This document shows positions 37,137-49,197 of a DNA stretch of 64,000 nt, piece by piece. Below the pieces are notes generated by a model. It did no database searches. It was not told the DNA's origin and saw only the letters and a list, made by a program, of their open reading frames with translations. Position numbers and translations under genes: made by a program. This DNA comes from Sporopachydermia quercuum. Lineage: Eukaryota. Position 1 is the stretch's first letter; the number at the start of each line of letters is the position of its first letter. The stretch lies in assembly GCA_001599295.1 (NCBI GenBank), contig BCGN01000005.1, positions 992,001 through 1,056,000 of the forward strand, given 5' to 3'.

Positions 37137-38528
37137 ATGTTTGGTTGGGGTTTCAGAGGAACCGTCAATGTGTCAAGATCATTGCACACGGTTTCTATAC
37201 CGTTGAAGAGTTCTGAAAGCAGTGAAGAAACCGATAAACTAACAAATAAAATACAACTCCATCAATTCGTTGAACAATACGTACCTGAACTTAAAAACAA
37301 GAACAGATTTTCATTGGTACCTTATCTTTTCAATGGTCATTTACAAAGTATTTATAGTTCTAAGGGAGATTTCTCTAACATCTACAAAGTCCATTATGGT
37401 CGTGTAATTCTTGAATTTTCTGATGGTGGTTCAACTACAGCAGATTTCGTTATCTCTAAACCAGAATCGAAAGAGGAATGGGATAAAGCTGCCGAATACC
37501 AACCAAAGGAAGGATTGCCAAAACTTCACCCTAGAACCAGATATCTCAGACCTGAAGAAATTGATGATCTATATAGTGGATTTGCCGGTGACGATAAGCC
37601 ATTTTTAGTAATTATTCATGGGCTTGCTGGTGGATCTCATGAACCTCAAATTCGAGCTTTTGGTGAAAGAATGACCGAAAAGTATGACTTCAATTGTGTC
37701 GTTCTTAACTTGAGAGGATGTGCTAGATCAAAGCTTACAAATGCCAAACTACAATGTGGCGCTTCTACAGATGATATTAGAGAATTCATGAACAAGCTTA
37801 CCTCTAAGTATCCTCATAAGAAGTTTTATGGTATTGGATTCAGTTTTGGTGGTACAATATTGGCAAACTATGTCGGACAAGAAGCAGAAAACTGTCCTTT
37901 CAGTGCTGCTGTTACTGTTTCTAATCCTTGGGACTTAATTGTTTCTTCCTTGTATGTTGTGAATAGCTACTTGGGTAGAAAGATTTATGGTCCTTTGATG
38001 TCTTTCTTCTTATATAAGCTTGTAAAGAGTAATTATGCAGTTTTGAAAGAAGGAAATGAAGAATATTCACATTTGGTAGAAGAAACCGAAGATCCTTCAG
38101 TTCATTCTAAAGGATTTTTCGATCCTGAAATTGCAAAGAACATGAAAACAATTCCTGAATTTGATAACAGATTCACTGCTCCTTTATATGGATTTTTATC
38201 AGCGAACGATTATTATAGAAAATGCGCAAGTATTAATAATTTTGGAAGAATTAAAATTCCTCTACTTTCAATCAATGCTGTTGATGACCCTGTTGTTGGT
38301 CCTGATGCTTTACCATTAGAGGAAGCAAAAGCTAATCCTTATACTTATGTTGTTGCTACTGATATTGGTGGCCATTTAGGATGGTTTCAACCAGGCGGTA
38401 AAGTTTGGTATGTTGATCCAGTTACTGATTTCTTCAATGCTTTTCATAATAAGATTGATCATGATTCGAAACTTGAGTTTTCTCATTACATCCGAACCTG
38501 TGAATTTGATGGACTCAAGTTTCATTGA
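37137..38528 (+). CDS. EHT1: Acyl-CoA:ethanol O-acyltransferase / alpha-beta hydrolase (Eht1/Eeb1 family)
   Basis: MFGWGFRG start, LHPRTRYL, HGLAGGSHEP, GFSFGG nucleophile elbow, DDPVVG, GGHLGWF. Confidence 0.85.
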   Translation: MFGWGFRGTVNVSRSLHTVSIPLKSSESSEETDKLTNKIQLHQFVEQYVPELKNKNRFSLVPYLFNGHLQSIYSSKGDFSNIYKVHYGRVILEFSDGGSTTADFVISKPESKEEWDKAAEYQPKEGLPKLHPRTRYLRPEEIDDLYSGFAGDDKPFLVIIHGLAGGSHEPQIRAFGERMTEKYDFNCVVLNLRGCARSKLTNAKLQCGASTDDIREFMNKLTSKYPHKKFYGIGFSFGGTILANYVGQEAENCPFSAAVTVSNPWDLIVSSLYVVNSYLGRKIYGPLMSFFLYKLVKSNYAVLKEGNEEYSHLVEETEDPSVHSKGFFDPEIAKNMKTIPEFDNRFTAPLYGFLSANDYYRKCASINNFGRIKIPLLSINAVDDPVVGPDALPLEEAKANPYTYVVATDIGGHLGWFQPGGKVWYVDPVTDFFNAFHNKIDHDSKLEFSHYIRTCEFDGLKFH

Positions 38529-38754
38529 GGTCACTATATTTTGATAGTATAGATAGTATAGACTCAGTATATAGTATGTGTTAAGTATACAGTAATAGAT
38601 TTAATTTTCTTATTTCTGCTTGTTAGTAGTGTTAGAATGAGTTTATTAATTGAACGATACATGCGATAATGATTCCATACACAAGGGATCCACAGTTCCA
38701 TCGCTACTATTGTCAATATGAGGTCTTTTTATGGAATTATATAGTTATGCATTT

Positions 38755-41061
38755 TCAAACAATGATCTCGGTCGATCTTGATGGCAGAAAATTGAATCCA
38801 TCATCAATAACCATTGTAGGTAATGATGTCTCAAAAGCACTGCTGTTATAAGACCTTGGTGAGTTATTGGATCTAATAGACCGTTGATAGTTTGGATATT
38901 CAGTCTCTGAACCATAGAATGAGCTATCTGCTGATGAAACGGATAATCTATTAACACGTTTTCTGTTAAGACTCCCTCGTTTTATCTTTCTAGAACTTGT
39001 AATCCTTGTTTGATTCCCACTGACAGTTGAGTTGGATACTGATGTAGTAGTTGAAGGTGCTGAAGTTGATGGATTTGGCGTATGACCCATCGCTGAAGAT
39101 GGGATCTTTCTTGAACTCGATATACTAGATGTATTCCCATTATTGGTAATGGGAGATGGTAATGGTGGTAAAGGTCTATTGAGATTCGCATTATTGATCG
39201 AAGACTTTTTGCTTTGTGGCTCATCTTTGAGCATATTAGTTGATTTTGGTTGCAATGGTTGCTCTATTAGTTGTGGAGACGTTGTTGGTATCAACATATA
39301 TGCTGCGATTGGTGTTGGTACAAAATTTGTGAANTCTTCAATGCTATTACGTGTATTGTGTTTAGTTGGTAGATCATTTGATAAGTTTTCATGTATCGAT
39401 TGTTGGGTTTGAAATAGTTGCATAGGTGTATCAGGACCCTCCATTCTCACATCATCATTTCTAGTATTTGGATCTTTATTATCTGAATCTCTTCTATTGC
39501 TTCCTTTCTTATCTTTATTACTTCCACTATCATCATTTCCTTCATCATCCTCATTATTGCTATTATCATCAGGCAAGGTGCTGAAGAAACGTGCCATATT
39601 TTCTTCTTCTCGGGCTATAGCTGCCAGCTTCATATGTAATTTAATTCTTCTACCTAATACAACTCCTAAGCACCTATTCCATAGATGAAGAGCAGCCTGG
39701 TCAATATTGGAGTTGGATTCCCCTGGAATTCCCCGTTTCAAAGGTTTAAAATTAGAAGCATATATATCAGAGGGGTTGAAGTCTTTGGATGTCCCCATTC
39801 CTGAAGTACCAACAGCTGGTGCTTCTTGGTCTGCCGAGTTCATCTCACGAACGATTGAAGCCTTGTCTACAGGTTCAGATTGATTATTATATCTTTTCAT
39901 GGAATTTGATTTCTTTGACCATTTGTCATGGGTTGGGACAAATCCTTCAAACTGTGACCGTTTACCATTTCTTTGCCTTTTCATGAATTTGAGCTCCGCC
40001 TCTTTTACAAAATCCTCATATGTTGCAGGAGAAAGTAAATCAATTCCTCCAGTTGAGGAATCCATTACATATTTAACATAGTCCATATTCAGTCGTGGCT
40101 TGTCACTAAACACAAGGTCATGCTTATGAACTTGATAAGCTGTTATTAAATGAGGAGCAATAGACCTTACGACTTCTCTGTCATAAGCTAATCCAAGTTC
40201 CATTTCAAAATGGTTATATAGCTGAGCTCGAGATTTGAATGACGATTTAATTGATTTCTGTCTTTTCGCTCTTTGTGAGGGCATCATTAACCGATTATAT
40301 TTTCTTCTTGATACAGTTTTTGCTCTTGTTGGTTTACGACGTGCTGATTGGGCACTTTCTGAAATACTACCAGANACTCTTCGTTTTGTCATAGATGAAA
40401 TCCTTTCTGGCGATCTAGAATGTTGATTTTTCTGTTGAGCCGATTTTGGCCCTCTTAGTGTTGCATTAGCATCAATCAAAGCGGGATTAGTATTTTGTGA
40501 TTTTGTTTTGGCTTTAGCTTTATGTCCATAACATGCTGCCTGAGAATGTAGATAATCACCAACATCTGAAAAAACATCANTACAATATTCATCAGAAGAT
40601 ACAGTATTTTTGGAATCAATGGAGTTAGATGATGGCACCAATAGATTATTTTGATTGAAATTCGTGTTTTTGTTGTACCCTTTCCAGTCTTTTGGTGATT
40701 CTGACTGTCTTCTGTTGGTCATTGGGGAGTTTGTTATTATTGGAACATTGTCAATAAAATCAGCAATCACTGAAGATTTCTTTTGTTTGGACTTTTGTTC
40801 AGGAGGCATATCATCTGGATGGCTATGGTTATATCTGCTGTTTGTTTGGAGCGGTCTAGGGATCAGTGGAGTTGAAGGTCGTTTAATGGGCGAACGCTTG
40901 TTTGCAGGAAATGGAGAAGACATAGTAGGAGGTGTACAATAACCACTTATGCTGTCACTACTATTGTTTGTTTCTTGTGACGGAGGAAATATTATTTGTT
41001 TATTGCTAGTTGTTGTGACAGTTGAGTCGACTTGGCCAGTCCAATTAGATCGTTCGATCAT
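38755..41061 (-). CDS. Large low-complexity hypothetical protein (~768 aa)
   Basis: Long uninterrupted ORF, first ATG at 41061; Ser/Asn/Pro-rich with basic patches and a short ordered segment (AALHLWNRCLGVVLGRRIKLHMKL). Confidence 0.75.
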   Translation of the reverse strand: MIERSNWTGQVDSTVTTTSNKQIIFPPSQETNNSSDSISGYCTPPTMSSPFPANKRSPIKRPSTPLIPRPLQTNSRYNHSHPDDMPPEQKSKQKKSSVIADFIDNVPIITNSPMTNRRQSESPKDWKGYNKNTNFNQNNLLVPSSNSIDSKNTVSSDEYCXDVFSDVGDYLHSQAACYGHKAKAKTKSQNTNPALIDANATLRGPKSAQQKNQHSRSPERISSMTKRRXSGSISESAQSARRKPTRAKTVSRRKYNRLMMPSQRAKRQKSIKSSFKSRAQLYNHFEMELGLAYDREVVRSIAPHLITAYQVHKHDLVFSDKPRLNMDYVKYVMDSSTGGIDLLSPATYEDFVKEAELKFMKRQRNGKRSQFEGFVPTHDKWSKKSNSMKRYNNQSEPVDKASIVREMNSADQEAPAVGTSGMGTSKDFNPSDIYASNFKPLKRGIPGESNSNIDQAALHLWNRCLGVVLGRRIKLHMKLAAIAREEENMARFFSTLPDDNSNNEDDEGNDDSGSNKDKKGSNRRDSDNKDPNTRNDDVRMEGPDTPMQLFQTQQSIHENLSNDLPTKHNTRNSIEXFTNFVPTPIAAYMLIPTTSPQLIEQPLQPKSTNMLKDEPQSKKSSINNANLNRPLPPLPSPITNNGNTSSISSSRKIPSSAMGHTPNPSTSAPSTTTSVSNSTVSGNQTRITSSRKIKRGSLNRKRVNRLSVSSADSSFYGSETEYPNYQRSIRSNNSPRSYNSSAFETSLPTMVIDDGFNFLPSRSTEIIV

Positions 41062-42406
41062 GTTGTAGTGAGTTGAACACCAATAAGGTAGCGGCGTGTA
41101 GTCTGTCAGACACTTGAAGGTCACCAAAATTCTGTTTTTGTAATTTTTCTAGCAGTTGCAATTTTGCTGTGATTTAGCTAACGGAGTAGAAGTTTTCGGC
41201 TCAGTTATCTCCAAAAAAAGTGAAAGAACTAGTGAATATCTCTATGGCGGAAGGTCAACATGGTTGATTCTGGGAGAAGGGGTGGGAAGAGGACTATTAA
41301 AAGAGAAATCCAGAAAGCAATAGGAAGCTACAAAGCTTATAAATGAGATCTTCAAATCTTCCAAGACACTAATTGCCTATTATTCAGGAATTTTGTCATC
41401 CAATCATCAGAACAATAGATTGATGGATGGCTGGTTAAAACTGAAAATTTCAATTACAATACCTTTTAAGGATATTGTGAGTCATTAGAGTGAGATTGAT
41501 GAGTGAATCATATTTCCTGATTTGGATGAACAGGGTTTTATGCACCAGCCATTTCGCTTGCAGGAAGAGGAATACATGTTGGATCTTTGGATTTCTGGGA
41601 AAAGGGACAATTAATAGAGTTTCGCGTTCTCGCGTTCATTTCTAAACTTTAATTTAAGTTAGATGAAAGGATAATTACTCTGTCGTGTCAAAAAAGACGG
41701 ATAATACAGGTTGGAAAGTTATCATTAGGTAAACTACAAGTGACAATTATCAGCAATAAAAGTACGATAAAATAATGGATTTAGTGCGTGATTGAGATCG
41801 AATTGTGGTTCCCCTTATATAGGAATGGCTAGATTTAGTTATAAATAGGGAACCTGTGTGTGTTGGTTCCATTGAGTTGACTTTGAACGTCAACATCTGT
41901 AGATGGACGATTGATTCATTATATCTGACAAAGGAGGTCCAATACCAAGAACATAGAAGAAAGGATCAACATTTCAATGTGTTGGTAGGATGTTTCGCTT
42001 ACATTTACATGCCAGGGGTGTCCCAACATAAATTCTAAATAATCATCACATGTGATCGATTTTGACATCAAACAACATAACATACATGACAATCAATAGG
42101 TCTCTCATCATACTCCATTAGATGCTGAAATCAGTTCACCAATGATGAATATCGACATTCAATATTTAATACATATAACATTCATAGAGATAAGTGAATA
42201 ATAGACATATATATATCTATTCTCTGCCTTTGTCGATCATCTAGTAAATGAGACGAAACTATACACCCTCCGAAATGTAGCGTTACCCGGATACCAAAGG
42301 TACAGCAGATCGATCGATCGATAGGTTCCCTCTGTACCATTGCCATGTTTTCCTTATGTAAATTGCGATTTCCCAACTGATATCTGAATGGTTAACGAGT
42401 TAGATT

Positions 42407-42431
42407 GTTTTTTTTTTTTTTTTTTTTTTTT
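42407..42431 (+). repeat. poly(dT) tract upstream of tropomyosin
   Basis: About 25 consecutive T; typical nucleosome-excluding promoter element. Confidence 0.8.
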
Positions 42432-42575
42432 GGTTAAAGCAGTGTTTTCGTGTTGATTGAATGTTGATCCATCCAACTTAATATTACACAAACATCTAAT
42501 TGGTTAGTTAGAGATACAATTGATATCAAACCTCTAAGGTAGAATCATCATTAGTAAACATCAATAGGTACCATA

Positions 42576-43176
42576 ATGGATAAGCTTAAGGAAGTAAGTA
42601 TTATCAGTATTGCCTTGATTTATCGTGCATCAATTAATAGTTTTGCGTGTTTTTGAGAGAAGAGTTCATTGTGATGAGTATATACATGGAACTAACAAGA
42701 TTGTTTAGAAAATCGCTAATCTCAAGCTTGATGCTGAGAATGCTCAAGAAAAGGCTGAAGAAGCCCTCAGTAAGGTCAAAGAGTTAGAACAAGAAAACCT
42801 ACAAAAGGATCAAGAAATTGAAGCTTTGAACAGAAAGAACCAAGTTTTAGAACAACAACTTGAAGAATTGGAATCAAAGATTGCCGATAATAAACCTATC
42901 TTAGAAGAACACTCTTCCTTGAANTCTCACAATGACAATCATGTTAAGAAGATTCAGGAATTAGAAGAGACTTTAGAAGAAGTTGAAGCTCAATTAAAGG
43001 GCTCTACTAACAAGGTGAGAGAGCTAGATATTAAGGCAGAACAAGCTGAGAAGAAAGTTGTTTCTTTGAAACAAGAAAATGAAGCATGGGAACAAAAATT
43101 CGAAGAACTGTCTGAAAAGTACGCTGCTGCCAAGGCCGAATTGGAAGAGATATCTCAACAATTGGAATCTATTTAA
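42576..43176 (+). CDS. TPM2: Tropomyosin, 161 aa; exons 42576-42593 and 42709-43176
   Basis: MDKLKE/KIANLKLDAE..., continuous coiled coil ending ELEEISQQLESI; intron GTAAGT...ACTAAC...TAG; 161 aa matches Tpm2/Cdc8 length. Confidence 0.93.
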
Positions 43177-44527
43177 CTAGATTCTTTATTGTCATCTAGT
43201 TTCGATCTTGCTGATAGTTCAAATGAAGCTATAAATGAAAATAGAAGTTCTATTGCTGAAATACCATTAGATGATGAGAGAGTTTTCCGACTTGATCCTC
43301 TTCATCTATTTCCTCTATTTCGTATCAACTTGTGGAAATATTGTACAAGAGGTTTCAAAATGAGCAAAATATCCTTGTTAATTTATAAAGCTTCAATCAA
43401 TAGATTGTCTGCTATACCTTTAGGTCTATTAGGTCTCATATCTATTGTCTGGTTTCCGGGATATTGCGGTGAAATTTTTGTTATTGTTCTACTCTTTTAT
43501 TATTTATGTGTATCATTTAGTATTAACAAGCGAACTCAAATATAATTTAGCATCAATCTATGATTAAATCCTCAATTATAATGTACATTAAGTTATCCAA
43601 TTCAGACAACTCACGTTCTTTATTGTCAGTATTTCATGGATCTAATTCATTCTGACTAGTGTACAAAGTATATTCCACTTTTGAAAGAATATTTGGCCTA
43701 TATTGAAAGATCAACACTCATTATCAACTCTAACCTAGTTAAATATATGTAAATCTTCATAAGCTTGTACTATCGGCTCTATAACGTCAAATTACCATTC
43801 AATTGAATCGGTTTACCTTTTCTTTGTTCATGCAAATACCAAATTACACATTAAATGAAACTTCGTTCAATTTCAGCACCAGTCCCAATGTAGCAGATAA
43901 GTACATTAGTTGGAATATTGGATGCTTTCACTGATAGAAGTGGAGATATTATAGAAGTTGGGCGTTTATAAGTTTTGACAATAACTGGTGCCTAGTTTGG
44001 ATGCTCAGTTGACTATTGACAGGACACTTTATTCCTTTATTATGAGAGTAATTCAATCGTAATGAATTAAGTGGAAGCATGATACCAGGATTTTACCTTT
44101 ATTTGACTGAGCTCATCTAACTAATTATCTACAACTATTGGTCAGAAGATTTCATTGGTTTTATTAGAAAGATAAATAAGTATAAAGAATAAATATTGAT
44201 TTGATGCAATTTTTCTTCAAATTACTAGATTGTCTGTTTCTCTCATTCAACTGATATAATCTCTTACGTACGCCTAGAAGATTTAATCATATTAATTTAA
44301 TTATTTCATCTTAGAAAAATTAGCGAGTTGATCAATCGTACTTGAAGATGTGTGTTCGGTATTTGACACTATAGCATCTGAAATCTCCCAAAGTCAAGGA
44401 TTTGACTATGGTTATGGGCTCACCGCATTAGTTGGAAATATCAAAAAATGAAACAAGAATTTTTATTTAAATGCACTGACTCAATTGCAATCAGATAAAT
44501 GATTGGAAAATACTTTCCTTTTACCAC

Positions 44528-44554
44528 CGTTTTCGTTTCGTTTCGTTTCGTTTC
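44528..44554 (+). repeat. (CGTTT)n microsatellite
   Basis: cgttttcgtttcgtttcgtttcgtttc. Confidence 0.8.
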
Positions 44555-45572
44555 TTTCAATATTTGGGACTATCCGTATAAGATACTGGCAGGTATTCTC
44601 ATTATATTCCCATTACTAGACTATCATTAGTGCGTGCAGCTCCCAGTTATTTATGTGTTACATCATAAACTAGATAACGTTTCATCTTTCAATTGATCAA
44701 TAATATCATCTTCCAATAAACTAATGTAAGCAAGCCCCTACATTGGGTAATTAACTCTTTGCTGTCACATAATTGCAAACTCCCACAACATATATATACA
44801 CATGCATTCTTCTCTCATATCTTGTTGGTTGCCAACCTGATTACGCACTTATTACACCACACCTCTCCCCAGCTCCATCAACTTCCTTGGGCTCCACGAC
44901 ATCAATCGCTAATTAAAGAAAGCGCACAATCCTAAACTGAAACTAGTTAATAATATCTGCGTTGAGAACCTAAGGTGTAAGTGCATCGATTAAGGGCATC
45001 GTCAAACTTTACTGAAAATTTCTCGTTGATCCATATTCGGTAAGTATCTGCATATTTGTGCATATTAGGAAGATTGTGGCACAATAAGAAATGTGCCCAG
45101 TCACAAAAAACGATTTGAACGTTGGTTATGTAGATATTCTATAAGGAGAAGGTATGTCAGACGAAGGAGAANGAAAGAAAGGTATATGATTTGTTATTGA
45201 TTGCTCTGGTAAGGAAATTTTACATCTAACAGTAATCTTAAAATTTATCTAGAATTTTCATCCCTGGGTTAACTGTGCTTAAAAGGAGTAATTTTTATTG
45301 CACGAGAGTTTTAATGCAAAAGTCGAGCTCTAGTTCTGCGTGTCAAGCATAGAAGCCGTTATAATCACAGACGATACTCTGATCTGTGGTTTCAAAGAAT
45401 AATAGTTTTATCTGCATTGGAGTAGTTACTACAAGTGCAGATTAGAGAAGCGACGACGGTCAGCAGTTGAACATTGCTACATAATAGTTGTAGAGTGGTC
45501 AGGAGGAGCAACTGAATATTCTTGTTCATTCTGAGCATTAGCTAAACAGAAAAGAAATTGTAGAAGACTATC

Positions 45573-46907
45573 ATGACGATGACACTTGCCAACCCCAGAC
45601 TTGATGCTTCTATATATGTATCTTCATTTTCTGATTCCGAAGATTATGATGATGATCAGACTTCTCACAGGAACGTTCGAAATAGACATAGATCGTATAA
45701 TAGATCATTGAATGGGTCCACCATATTTCCTGACAGTTCCAACAACGCGAATCAGAACTCAAGACTGAAAAAGACCAGACAACTCAGCGGTCACAGCAGA
45801 AGGTCATCTAATAATGGCTTGAAAACAACACAATCTCCGGACTATTGTGATGACCCCCCTGATTATAATCAGATAGTTAGCTGTTCATCAACACCATCGT
45901 ATGAACATACTGTCAGAGCAATTAGCTTTTCTGAGAACAGTGCAAGATATGTCACAAGCAATGGGGTCTCTATTTCATCGCCTGCTAGTTTTGTTAACCT
46001 TGCAGCTCAGAGGAGGGCTAGTAATCTAAATCCGAATGCCATTATCGATGTGGACTTAGATGAAAGCCTATCTAGAGATCACAACATTAGGTACATCCAA
46101 GCTTATAATCAAACAACTTCCTCTGAACCAACCAGTGTAAATATAAGTTCCTCTACCAGTGTTTTACCTGAATTGGATCGAATTCCGTCTTATGCTGAAT
46201 CAACGAATACAACCTCTCAACTGAATGTCCTCGAAGCATCTCCTGAACTACCATCTTTATCACTAACGTCATCCTCATCATCCACTAATAAGATCAACTC
46301 GTACATGTCTAAACGGGAACGATTCATTTTGAAGGCATGTCTAGCTATAACTCTTATTCCATCTTTTACTGGATCTTGTAGTTGTATGAACCAGGCATAT
46401 CAGATATACAAAGCTACCAGGAAATCTTCAGAGTCATCGCTTTTTGTTACACCATTGACGGAAGCTCGGACATCAGAGTATTTACTAGCTGTTGTGTGGA
46501 CAATTGTATGCGGATATCTTTCATACTCTGTACTGAAGGGTCTGATAGTAAGATGGATTTTGACATATTCAGTGCCTGCAACTATTGTGCGGGCTTTAGT
46601 GTGTTCAATGGGTTATTTCATTCTGTGTCATGCTTTAGTGGAAATTCTTTCTGCAGATAGGAATTACCTGCTACAAACTTGGATTCTCATTGCATGTATA
46701 TTGACATGTGCTTTTATCGTTCAGGATTATGTTACAAGTAGTATTAAAAGNAATGATTCAAGCAAGAAGAAGAATAGATCAGTTGATTTGTATAATATAG
46801 CAGTGTTTGCCGTGGTTCCAGTTGGTCTTGCAAGTTTCTTAACCATGATTGGTCTGATAAGGACGTTGATGATTATGAGATTAGAAATTTATACGGAGAA
46901 GTCTTAG
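45573..46907 (+). CDS. EOS1: N-glycosylation protein Eos1
   Basis: C-terminal multi-TM region SEYLLAVVW, LIVRWILTYS.PATIVR, DLYNIAVFAVVPVGLASF; downstream of TPM as in S. cerevisiae. Confidence 0.88.
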   Translation: MTMTLANPRLDASIYVSSFSDSEDYDDDQTSHRNVRNRHRSYNRSLNGSTIFPDSSNNANQNSRLKKTRQLSGHSRRSSNNGLKTTQSPDYCDDPPDYNQIVSCSSTPSYEHTVRAISFSENSARYVTSNGVSISSPASFVNLAAQRRASNLNPNAIIDVDLDESLSRDHNIRYIQAYNQTTSSEPTSVNISSSTSVLPELDRIPSYAESTNTTSQLNVLEASPELPSLSLTSSSSSTNKINSYMSKRERFILKACLAITLIPSFTGSCSCMNQAYQIYKATRKSSESSLFVTPLTEARTSEYLLAVVWTIVCGYLSYSVLKGLIVRWILTYSVPATIVRALVCSMGYFILCHALVEILSADRNYLLQTWILIACILTCAFIVQDYVTSSIKXNDSSKKKNRSVDLYNIAVFAVVPVGLASFLTMIGLIRTLMIMRLEIYTEKS

Positions 46908-47227
46908 TGATGATCATTACTTTGAACTTGATTAATTTCTAGAGCAATTATCACTGATTCTGTATGATGGGTGAACGGATAAGTGTACTATAGGTTTTGG
47001 TTCTGGGGTACTTAATTTTAATAAATAATTAATATACTTATACCTTTTACTTGCTTTTTGATCATTGTTGGACATAGTTAAAACATCAGAAAAACTTTAG
47101 ATCAATAGCACAGATATATGTAAGTTACTTGAGGGAAGAATAAACTATAATTTATGAAATAAGACTATGGGACTACTACTTCATTGTCTTTAGATTCAGA
47201 CCTATTTCCATGCTTATGAATAACATC

Positions 47228-47500
47228 TTAGTCTCTCTATAGAGAGTACTGACACTCTCAGAAAACAAAAAGAATGTAAAAAAAAAATAAATAATTAATG
47301 ATCCTGATCAGATAAAAATGAATAGATTAGTTAACGTAATCTTAGTTGTAAATACTATCCTTATTAGGAAAGTGGCTGTAAGCTCTAAAATTTAATAAAT
47401 AAATGGGGAACCATAATAGGAAGGTGAAATAAGGTATATCTAAGTTTATGTCTTAAGCCAAGTACTTCTTAGTAAAATATACTCCACTTAGAAGTCTTGA
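47228..47500 (+). mobile_element. Group IIB intron domain I fragments, probably a NUMT
   Basis: CCTTATTAGGAAAGTGGC...GGGAACCATAATAGGAAGGTGAAATAAGGTATATCTAAG and CTATAGAGAGTACTGACACTCTC resemble, from memory, domain I of organellar IIB introns; complementary arms present; no domain V. Confidence 0.6.
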
Positions 47501-47635
47501 TTGACACCTTTTCTGGATTGAAAAAGAAAAAAGAAAAAAAGAAAAAAAAAAAATGAAAGCAAAAAAGGNAAAAAGAGTATTCTAATCCGCTTGAAAATCT
47601 TTATCTGAGCAACTTCAAGAGACAATCATATTTTT

Positions 47636-47678
47636 AAGAATGTAGTTCAATGGTAGAACATCGGTTTTCAGCTCCGCA
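47636..47678 (+). pseudogene. 5' half of a mitochondrial-type tRNA with UCA anticodon (tRNA-Trp), NUMT fragment
   Basis: AAGAATG-TA-GTTC-AATGGTA-GAAC-A-TCGGT-TT-TCA-GC-TCCG: perfect D-arm, imperfect anticodon arm, no T-arm or 3' acceptor strand. Confidence 0.6.
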
Positions 47679-47774
47679 TTACATATTCAAAACTCTAATC
47701 TAATCTACATGCAATCGATATTCAATAGGACAGCAACATTATGCCTCTCTTTTCCTTTCATCAACAATTTGCCC

Positions 47775-49197
<1,423 letters not shown>

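Noticed and set aside
43005..43014. Perfect TACTAAC followed by AAG inside tropomyosin exon 2 as an alternative acceptor
   Set aside because: In frame, but the branch-to-AG distance is far shorter than in any intron supported here and it would delete most of the coiled coil; explained by Ser-Thr-Asn-Lys codons.
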